Assembly (NCBI GenBank): GCA_049997875.1
Contig: JBEKRC010000003.1
Coordinates: forward strand, 115,687 to 179,686
Direction of reading: 5' to 3'
Source: Minisyncoccia bacterium
GTDB lineage: Bacteria > Patescibacteriota > Minisyncoccia > UBA6257 > 2-01-FULL-56-20
Length of the DNA: 64,000 nucleotides
In this document: positions 57,395-64,000 of the stretch, piece after piece
Layout: every line of letters starts with the position of its first letter
Numbering within the stretch: position 1 is the first letter of the stretch
Made by a program: the position numbers and the translations under genes
The notes under the pieces: generated by a model
What the model saw: only the letters and a program-made list of their open reading frames with translations
Databases searched by the model: none
What the model was told of the DNA's origin: nothing

Positions 57395-58063
57395 CTATTG
57401 CGCAGCGTCAGTGAAAACGACCAACCTTTGGGTGTAGCTTAATTGGGCCTGATTCCAAGAACCTTCACAGGTGATAAGGTTAAGATGGGCGCCGCCATCA
57501 GTAGAGGTAAAAACATCAATGGCGTCCGCTGATGGATCGTAACTACGGCTCTCGCGAACCGTGAAAGTGGCGGACTCTCCTTTGTCGTTTAAAACATACA
57601 GTTTGTCTCCCGCGCTCAATTCGTTCAAATCATTAAAAACGCCAAGCTTCGTGACTACCCCCTTGCGTATCTGGGCGATATGTCCGGTGATAATGGCAAC
57701 GCCCCTCTCCCCTGGACGCGCACTGCCCGTAAACCACCCAACGTCATAAATATTGCTTGGCACCTCCATTGTGCCATCGGACTTGAGACCAGTATATTGA
57801 AAGCCTGCGTCGATATTGAGCTTTGGGATTATGAGACGCACCGGGGACCCATCTTCGTTTTTTGCAATCATCGCACCCGTCGTTCCGACTGTAGTGGTCG
57901 TTAATGATATCGTCTGAGTTACAACCTGTATTGCCTGCGTTGCAACCATGATCGCTTGTTGTTGCTGCGCAACCGACAGGGAAGTATTATTCTGAACCGA
58001 TACGATAAGCGATAGTGCCAACTGTAATATTGTTGATAAAATTGAAGGCATTGTAATAATCAT
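57395..58063 (-). CDS. Sortase (class E/F-like transpeptidase)
   Basis: ITGHI (His), LNLITCEGS (Cys) and RLVVF (Arg) catalytic triad; N-terminal TM. Confidence 0.8.
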   Translation of the reverse strand: MIITMPSILSTILQLALSLIVSVQNNTSLSVAQQQQAIMVATQAIQVVTQTISLTTTTVGTTGAMIAKNEDGSPVRLIIPKLNIDAGFQYTGLKSDGTMEVPSNIYDVGWFTGSARPGERGVAIITGHIAQIRKGVVTKLGVFNDLNELSAGDKLYVLNDKGESATFTVRESRSYDPSADAIDVFTSTDGGAHLNLITCEGSWNQAQLSYTQRLVVFTDAAQ

Positions 58064-58084
58064 AACAAAAATAGGTCTAGCATC

Positions 58085-58109
58085 CTCTTTAGTATCGGAT
58101 GGACCGAGG
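58085..58109 (+). repeat. Isolated B-motif copy
   Basis: CTCTTTAGTATCGGATGGACCGAGG. Confidence 0.5.
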
Positions 58110-58180
58110 CATAGCCCTGGGTATGGGCAAAAGAAAAAAGCGCCCCGAGAAAGGCACTCTTTTCTTCTGGAACGAGGTAC

Positions 58181-58411
58181 TTACATCTTCCCTTCGTGCG
58201 TTGCCCAACAACCGCAGGATCTCTTACCCAGCTTCAGACATCCCGCGATGATAACAAGAATCGGCCAGATGACGTTGACGAATCCCCACGTGAGGACGCC
58301 GAGCGATCCGAGCAAGAAGTCCAGCCCGAAAAGGATGACGAGGATCGGCATGGTCTTATGGCATCCGCACCCGCACGTCTTCCCGCCCATTTTTATGCCG
58401 TCATTTTCCAT
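58181..58411 (-). CDS. Small Cys-rich membrane protein (76 aa)
   Basis: GAGGT RBS; CGCGCH and CGCW motifs flanking a TM segment. Confidence 0.45.
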   Translation of the reverse strand: MENDGIKMGGKTCGCGCHKTMPILVILFGLDFLLGSLGVLTWGFVNVIWPILVIIAGCLKLGKRSCGCWATHEGKM

Positions 58412-58470
58412 GGTACGTAGTTTTGTGCATACTCGACCTTTCGCTGATTATGTTTTCCATTTCATTATAC

Positions 58471-58490
58471 CTCGTCCAGCCGCCGGGGGC
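58471..58490 (+). repeat. Partial A-motif (CTCGTCCAGCCGCCGGGGGC); last detectable array repeat
   Basis: Only the 3' half of the motif is present. Confidence 0.55.
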
Positions 58491-58525
58491 AAAACAAAAA
58501 CCCGCAACAATATGCGGGTTTTTGC
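58491..58525. terminator. Rho-independent terminator (bidirectional)
   Basis: AAAAACCCGCA-acaatat-GCGGGTTTTTG. Confidence 0.7.
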
Positions 58526-58544
58526 GGTCGCGCGAATAAGATCG

Positions 58545-59246
58545 CTATTGCTGCGCCGAGGTCGCCGGAATCGAGACATCCCTCACGATCTGCGCAGTGA
58601 TCGTTCCGCTTGCGTTCACGCCCCAGACACGAACGTTGTCACCGCTATTGATGCTTGCGAGGGGAAGCGTGATCCAATTCCGATTAACCACTTCGGCGCC
58701 GGAAGCGACATTCACCGTATCAGCCACGCCATTCACGGTTAAGGTGAACGAGCTGCCGCTCAGACTGCTTGCCACGCCGACGTAGTTCCTCGGCGTGCCG
58801 CTCTTTATCGTGGTCTGCGCCGATTGAATATTCTGCTTCTGCTCCTGGACTGTCGCCTGACGATAGGTCCAGTCACGCACGAGCGTGGCATCGATTGTCC
58901 AATTTGCCGATTGGGAAACCGTTCCCTGGACACCCACGAAATCGCCGGTCCTGAACTGGGCGAGGTCGTTGCCTGCCGCTACAGGAAGCACCTGGGCAGA
59001 AGCCCCGACATTCACCGTCCAGACGCCACCCCAACTGTTCACGGTGAGCGCGCCGCTTGTTGCGGAAGCAAGGGTGCCCCGCATGAGAACCTTACCCGCA
59101 GGACCGATCTGCAAAATCGGCTGCTCAGACGCGGTTGTCAGAGCCGATGCGGCGGCTGGTGCCGTCGTTTGGGCGGCTGCGATGAATGCCGTCGCCACCA
59201 CCGCAACTCCCGTTGCGACGCTTGCGATACATAATATCTTTTTCAT
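58545..59246 (-). CDS. Secreted hypothetical protein (233 aa)
   Basis: Signal peptide; internal repeats of about 70 aa (GTLASATSGALTVNSWGGVWTVNV / SSLSGSSFTLTVNGVADTVNV). Confidence 0.7.
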   Translation of the reverse strand: MKKILCIASVATGVAVVATAFIAAAQTTAPAAASALTTASEQPILQIGPAGKVLMRGTLASATSGALTVNSWGGVWTVNVGASAQVLPVAAGNDLAQFRTGDFVGVQGTVSQSANWTIDATLVRDWTYRQATVQEQKQNIQSAQTTIKSGTPRNYVGVASSLSGSSFTLTVNGVADTVNVASGAEVVNRNWITLPLASINSGDNVRVWGVNASGTITAQIVRDVSIPATSAQQ

Positions 59247-59476
59247 TTGAATATCCTTTATGTTCTCGACCTTTACGCTCTTTGCTTACGCCCATTATAC
59301 GAAATTTGAAGCAATTTGGTTGCTATAAGGATCGCTTGCGTCGGTTGACGGCTTGCGGATATCGGATGGGTTTTTCGACTCTTTTTACCATACCAAAACT
59401 GTTCAGGAAGTGGGTGGATTCCACACCCTGTCTTTGCGGCCGTTCCCGTTCGGATCGTCAAACTTCATGCCCGAGA

Positions 59477-61132
59477 TCAACCCGAGCCGAGCTTGAAATT
59501 GCCGAAATTGTCATTCTTCGAAACTTTGCCCGCGGTCAAGACAATGGTATAACTTCCGCTTGCAGGATAGGTTTCCACCCAGCCCGGCTGCTCAACTTCG
59601 CGGACGACGTAGGTTCCGGCGGGCAGGTTCAAGAAACGGTATTCGCCGCACTTGTTCGTTACCGTGGACGGGTCACCGGGATCCAACTTTCCGTCATTGT
59701 TCATGTCGAGATAGATGGTCACTCCGGCGAGCCGATGATGATGACCGTTACCTTTCAATGTACCGCTGCCATCCCTGTCCACGTACTTGGTACCGCGAAT
59801 CTCGCCGAGAAGCTTGTTGCTCGTGTCCGTTATGGTGCAGGTGTCGACTCCTCCGGCGGTCACGACGACCGCGGAGCAATCGCTGTCGGTCTGCGTCCAG
59901 CCCTTCGGAATATTCTTTTCGGTGATGGTGTAGGTTCCGGGAGCCACGTTGTTGAAGATCTTGCTGCCCGTACCCGACACCGTCGTAACGCTGAATGCAC
60001 CCAAGCCGTTATTGCCGGTAAAGGTGAACGTGCCGTTACCTCCGATCGTGTCTTTGTTCACAACGAGCGTTCCGGTGTAGGTGACCGGAGGAGATACAGG
60101 AATCGGCCCGAAGCTCACGGCGATGGTGTGGTTGGCAGTTACATCGGAGAAGGTATAACTGGTGGTCGTCGCTACGGGAGCACCGTCCACCACGAGCGTA
60201 TTAATTTGATCGCCGGAACCAGGAGTGATCGCGAAGGTCTGACTGGAACCGCCGGCCACAGAAACCGTGCCAGAGGGGCTGATCGAACCGTATTGTGGGC
60301 CGACGACAGAGGTGGTAATGGCATAAGTCGGTGCGGGAACCGAAGTGGTGGTGGGAACGGTAACGGTATTGGCAATGAGCGTAACTGCGGTCTGGGCGAG
60401 TGCCCTGCCGTTCAGTACTGCGCCAGACTGCATCGCAATATTTGTGTAATCCAGAATAGTTCCATTGACAACGGACGATGGGTGAATTGTTGTCGCGCCA
60501 GCGACCGCCCAAAAGACGTTCTGTGCCCGTGCACCACCACTGAGAACAACCGCCGCAGGCTTGGCCGTCGCACCAACGTCGAAAGTCCCTGGTATTTGGA
60601 ATATCCATACATCGTTTGCGCCGCCCGAGAGGATGAGATTTGTTGATATGGTCACATTCTTCCCAGCGCCAGTAAACGTATAGACGCCGGGGGCGAGCGT
60701 CAGCCCACCAATCTCTCCGGCAGTTCCAGGGTTAGAAACACCGGTTGCTCGTGAAAGAGCGTCAGTGTACGCGGTTTGCATGTTGCTTACCGCCGTGGTG
60801 AGCATGCTAGGAGTCGGAGCCGCATAGTTCGCCGCATAGACTTTTCCAGTCACAAGAGTTGATCTCGAAAATGTACCCGACCAATCCCGCACCAACCCGA
60901 ATCCCGTTATGGCAGTACTACCGATTGGACTCACGCCAATATTCCCAACAATTTTGGTGACTCCCGTCGTTGAGATCCCTGCTTTCGAGAGAATCGCAAA
61001 ATTACCTGCCGTTCCAAGATTTACTGTTGCCGGACCGGCTGCGAACGCAGCAATCGGCCCACTGAGGCCGAGCATCAAGGAAACGGCCACTACGGTTATA
61101 GTTGTTATTGAATTCCTATTAAACTTTTTCAT
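59477..61132 (-). CDS. Surface protein: ice-binding-like DUF3494 domain, Ig-like region, SdrD-B/Cna-B-like C-terminal domain
   Basis: VNLGTAGNFAILSKAGISTTG...TGF is the DUF3494 signature; C-terminus has a DGKLDPGDP...YRF...GTYVV pattern. Confidence 0.75.
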   Translation of the reverse strand: MKKFNRNSITTITVVAVSLMLGLSGPIAAFAAGPATVNLGTAGNFAILSKAGISTTGVTKIVGNIGVSPIGSTAITGFGLVRDWSGTFSRSTLVTGKVYAANYAAPTPSMLTTAVSNMQTAYTDALSRATGVSNPGTAGEIGGLTLAPGVYTFTGAGKNVTISTNLILSGGANDVWIFQIPGTFDVGATAKPAAVVLSGGARAQNVFWAVAGATTIHPSSVVNGTILDYTNIAMQSGAVLNGRALAQTAVTLIANTVTVPTTTSVPAPTYAITTSVVGPQYGSISPSGTVSVAGGSSQTFAITPGSGDQINTLVVDGAPVATTTSYTFSDVTANHTIAVSFGPIPVSPPVTYTGTLVVNKDTIGGNGTFTFTGNNGLGAFSVTTVSGTGSKIFNNVAPGTYTITEKNIPKGWTQTDSDCSAVVVTAGGVDTCTITDTSNKLLGEIRGTKYVDRDGSGTLKGNGHHHRLAGVTIYLDMNNDGKLDPGDPSTVTNKCGEYRFLNLPAGTYVVREVEQPGWVETYPASGSYTIVLTAGKVSKNDNFGNFKLGSG

Positions 61133-61292
61133 GTATTATTGTTATTAGTTAATTTTAAGAACGTTATTTATCTATTGGATCTAACGTCATCGACCGACCT
61201 CAACGTTGAGACACCACAATAGGGTGCCGTTCCTATGGCCGGTTCATTACAGCGCAGGGTATGGCGAGCGGCGGGATGGGGTTAATCAATGC

Positions 61293-61805
61293 TTATGCGC
61301 AGTGGTAGAGCAACTTCAGTTTCTCAAGTCCCCGATGCGCCTGCACGGCAAGAGCATTTTTTGATCGTCCGGTGATAAGGGACATCTCTTTGAGCGACAG
61401 ATCTTGCACGTACCGCATCCGCATCACTTTTTGGTAGGCGAGCGGGAGCCGTTGAATCAAGAGAAGCGCCATTTTGCCGTCCAAAAAATTAGAAAGGTGT
61501 CCGGGATGGCCGCTGCTTGGTTCAAACCCTTTTTCCATAAGGACATCGAGCGAGGTCGTTTTGCGTTTTCGATATTCGTCCACGATAAGGTTATTGAGGA
61601 CGTGATAAAGAAATGCCTTCATCACGTCAATCTTCCCGCCTTTGACAAGATAACTCCATGTTTTCATAAAGGCGTCCTGCACCAAGTCCTCGCCGGCCGC
61701 ATGGTCATTTATCTTGGAAAAGGCATATACATTAAGCTCCCTTTCGTAGTCGTGGTTGGCTACCGTGAGCGCTGCTTGCCGTTGTTTCTTTTGTTTTAGG
61801 GTCAT
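61293..61805 (-). CDS. RNA polymerase sigma-70 family factor (ECF-type)
   Basis: Region 2 DLVQDAFMKTW; region 4 LSLKEMSLITGRSKNALAVQAHRGLEKLK. Confidence 0.85.
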   Translation of the reverse strand: MTLKQKKQRQAALTVANHDYERELNVYAFSKINDHAAGEDLVQDAFMKTWSYLVKGGKIDVMKAFLYHVLNNLIVDEYRKRKTTSLDVLMEKGFEPSSGHPGHLSNFLDGKMALLLIQRLPLAYQKVMRMRYVQDLSLKEMSLITGRSKNALAVQAHRGLEKLKLLYHCA

Positions 61806-61900
61806 TACTTTATACCATGCCCGAGCTTTAAGTATGGCACATTATGCATCTTATAGCAAGTTGTTTGTAATAACTCAGGCGCTCGGACGGCTTCTTAATT

Positions 61901-62452
61901 ATGGAAAAAACCAAAAGGTCCGTCGGGACTGATCTCGCTGAACGTTTATGGAAAGAAAGCTGGGCCTATATCAAAACCGTGGTCGATACTGCGCGAGAAC
62001 CCTTTCTCATTCTCGATAAAGATCTTCGCGTGATGGCGACCAATGAGTCTTTCTATCGGACGTTCCAAATTGAACCGAAAGATGTCGAGAACAAGATGGT
62101 GTATGAACTCGGGAACGGCCAATGGGATATTCCAGCCCTGCGGAAACTTCTTGAAGATATTCTGCCTAAAAACACCTTTTTCAAAGGTTTTGAGGTCATT
62201 CATGAATTTCCTGCCATCGGACGCAAGGTGATGATCTTAAATGCTCGCCAGATCCATTTCAAAGAGGATGCCGACTTTCCACCCATCATATTTCTTGCCA
62301 TGGAAGATGTCACGGAAATGATGGCGGTCGCTGAAACGCTTGCCGGTCACGCAAATCACCTAGAAGCCAAGCTCGCGGAACGAACACGGGAACTGGAGAC
62401 GTATATCGGAAGATTAGAAAGAGAAATAAACGAACTCAAAAAGAAGTTATAA
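61901..62452 (+). CDS. PAS-domain protein with a C-terminal coiled coil
   Basis: PFLILDKDLRVMATNESFYRTF PAS S-box. Confidence 0.7.
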   Translation: MEKTKRSVGTDLAERLWKESWAYIKTVVDTAREPFLILDKDLRVMATNESFYRTFQIEPKDVENKMVYELGNGQWDIPALRKLLEDILPKNTFFKGFEVIHEFPAIGRKVMILNARQIHFKEDADFPPIIFLAMEDVTEMMAVAETLAGHANHLEAKLAERTRELETYIGRLEREINELKKKL

Positions 62453-62468
62453 CACCCAGGGGGTATAA

Positions 62469-62768
62469 TTGAACTCTATGGCACAAAGCGACGGTTATAA
62501 CAATGATTTTACGGATAAAGCCAGCGCATCGAGCGACGGAGCGATCGAAGAAAAGGAAGACTGGCTCAATGAGCACGGCCAGCCTGATTTTGAGTATCTT
62601 CAATCCCTCGCGACGAACGGCAGCCCGGGCGCATTGGAGAAGTTAAGGTCCATCGCTGAGGATCTTAATGTGGAATACGATCCTAGCACCTCAACCGAAG
62701 AGTTGATCGGAAGGATCAGATCGGCCACCGAACGGAACGAGGACGGAGGGCCTGATGCTACTACTTAA
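62469..62768 (+). CDS. Acidic hypothetical protein (99 aa)
   Basis: ORF only. Confidence 0.45.
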   Translation: MNSMAQSDGYNNDFTDKASASSDGAIEEKEDWLNEHGQPDFEYLQSLATNGSPGALEKLRSIAEDLNVEYDPSTSTEELIGRIRSATERNEDGGPDATT

Positions 62769-62771
62769 CCA

Positions 62772-62969
62772 TTATGCGCGCGTAACGTTCGTGGCGTTCG
62801 GGCCCTTGTCGCTCTGGGCGACATCGAAAGTGACGGCATCGCCAACTTTAAGCTCGTCAAAGGTAACTCCCCTTAACTCGTTTGAATGAAAGAAGAGGTC
62901 TTTTGTTTCGCCTTCGCGAGCAATGAATCCGAACCCCTTCTCCGTGAGCCGTTTAATAGTTCCTTTCAT
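62772..62969 (-). CDS. Cold-shock protein (CspA family)
   Basis: KGFGFI RNP1 and DLFFH RNP2-like motifs. Confidence 0.9.
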   Translation of the reverse strand: MKGTIKRLTEKGFGFIAREGETKDLFFHSNELRGVTFDELKVGDAVTFDVAQSDKGPNATNVTRA

Positions 62970-63225
62970 GTTTTTGTTTTTTTGCTTTCCAGAAATTCGA
63001 CTAGATTTCTTAGTTCCCGTATCATCTCCTTTTTTCTAATGGGGAAATAACCCGGCTATTAAACTTTTGCCGCGCTTTCCGGTTGCGCTTGATCCTTGTT
63101 TTTTTGCCGCCGCGTCTCATTTCTTTATCATTTTCATTATACTCCTCGCCGCCCGTTCACTCAAGTCGGTGACCTTAAGTTATTCTGCTCAAAGCTCTGA
63201 GGATAATGATATGAAAAACAACCTA

Positions 63226-63723
63226 TCAGCCCTGCTGTCCTGCCATTGACATAAGCTGCTTCACCAGGTCCTCTTTGGAAAACCGCTCGTAGTTTATGGC
63301 AATGCTGCCGTCACTCACGTAGGTGATCCTATTTCCGAAGACAATCAAGGTAATCTGTAACTTCTTGAAATTGCTGCGCCCAATCCGCTTGGCCGTTTCC
63401 TCAAATGCATCAATGAGTTTCCACAACTGATACTGCTCCTTGTCTTTGCCTCGGGAGATGAATCCCGCAAAATCCACATTGGGATAGCGGATTACCAATT
63501 GCTCAAGGCTTGAGATGGTGGAAACTGCGCTGCGAGGACCTTTCCCCGTGGCCGACGCGTCACGAGCCAACATCTTCTTAAGATACTCCATGACAAGCTC
63601 TTTCTGGGCACGGGGAAGAGAAGAAATCCTCGTTATAACTTCCTCAAAATCAATTCCCCTATCTTCATAGTTTGGAGAGTTCACTTTTGTAGTATACTCC
63701 CGATTCTCATATCGTCCAGCCAC
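63226..63723 (-). CDS. Hypothetical protein (165 aa)
   Basis: ORF only. Confidence 0.55.
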   Translation of the reverse strand: MAGRYENREYTTKVNSPNYEDRGIDFEEVITRISSLPRAQKELVMEYLKKMLARDASATGKGPRSAVSTISSLEQLVIRYPNVDFAGFISRGKDKEQYQLWKLIDAFEETAKRIGRSNFKKLQITLIVFGNRITYVSDGSIAINYERFSKEDLVKQLMSMAGQQG

Positions 63724-63810
63724 GGGAGCAGGCGAATGTATACACGTCGTTTCGCAAAAGCTATATACTTTAAGGAATGATCAACGGCGTGTTGTATTCG
63801 CATAGACACC

Positions 63811-64000
63811 ATGACCCTCCGCGTCAATAATCTAGGGTACAACCTGACCGATCTCGCCCGTACGCTTGGCTATCGGCCTCTTGGCTACACCGGGAAGGGC
63901 GAACTGAACTGCGTCCGTCCGCTGGGCGCTGCCTATCCCCGCTTCCATGTTTATATGAAGGCCACTCCCGATGTCCTCACGCTGAACATTCATCTTGATC
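63811..64000 (+). CDS. Hypothetical protein; N-terminal fragment truncated by the window end
   Basis: ATG at 63811; open to the end of the window. Confidence 0.3.
   Translation, partial: MTLRVNNLGYNLTDLARTLGYRPLGYTGKGELNCVRPLGAAYPRFHVYMKATPDVLTLNIHLD

Noticed and set aside
48842-58490. Regularly recurring repeats of about 30 nt might be a CRISPR array
   Set aside because: Spacing is irregular (about 100 to 1300 bp), and the intervening segments encode genes with their own promoters. The repeat derives from a tRNA 3' end, and no cas genes are present.
48842-58490. Canonical integron attC sites
   Set aside because: A-motif copies start with GTTCTAAC, which resembles the RYYYAAC inverse core. 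However, the units are direct near-identical repeats with no matching GTTRRRY core at the other end and no attC-like imperfect palindrome, so only an integron-like analogy is claimed.
48191-58525. Integrase or recombinase gene that would explain the cassette array
   Set aside because: No ORF in the window has the R-H-R-Y tyrosine recombinase or serine recombinase signatures. Its absence is reported, not a call.

Overview
This 64 kb window comes from a compact bacterial genome. Gene content suggests a CPR/Patescibacteria-like uncultivated lineage, but that is inference. The strongest functional matches are fusA, rpsG and rpsL (the str operon), pilT and pilC, recG, a signal peptidase, and a pentose-phosphate/glycolysis cluster. 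The other functional names come from motif recognition by eye.

Main contents:
- A conserved core: the str operon (rpsL-rpsG-fusA), a pentose-phosphate/glycolysis cluster (gap, rpiB, an rpe-transketolase-N fusion and transketolase-C), recG and signal peptidase I.
- Many type IV pilus components: pilC-pilT, at least four prepilin-type proteins, and a roughly 960 aa LamG-domain pilin-like giant.
- Several large surface proteins: Ig-like/Big_2 repeats, lamin-tail domains, a peptidoglycan-binding secreted protein and an ice-binding-like DUF3494 protein.
- A nucleotide-salvage-like cluster at 13-20 kb: a HIT protein, an adenosine-deaminase-family enzyme, an aminoglycoside-phosphotransferase (APH)-type kinase, a NUDIX-nucleotidyltransferase fusion, an NDK/P-loop-kinase fusion, a SAM methyltransferase, a P-loop protein and a NUDIX hydrolase.
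- Five tRNAs: Ala-TGC, Arg-TCG, Lys-CTT, Glu-TTC and Asn-GTT.

The most unusual part lies downstream of tRNA-Asn (48.2-58.5 kb), a roughly 10 kb array of about 14-15 small single-gene cassettes.
- Each cassette is separated by a direct repeat of about 60 nt that copies the tRNA-Asn 3' end plus about 30 nt of its downstream flank.
- All repeat copies point the same way, while the cassette genes sit on either strand.
- This makes the array integron-like or a tandem site-specific-integration array. No integrase is visible in the window.

Related structures sit at tRNA-Glu and tRNA-Ala.
- Each is followed by a long-stem terminator.
- After that comes a conserved structured element of about 130 nt with compensatory hairpin changes.
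- That element ends in a duplicate of its own tRNA's 3' end.
- At tRNA-Glu a further 20 bp direct-repeat pair flanks a 1.3 kb cassette.

Two smaller repeats also stand out. A conserved multi-hairpin insert of about 90 nt occurs inside the terminators after fusA and after tRNA-Ala. A 16-nt motif, TGGACGATSTTCGAAC, recurs three times around pilT and the first pilin.
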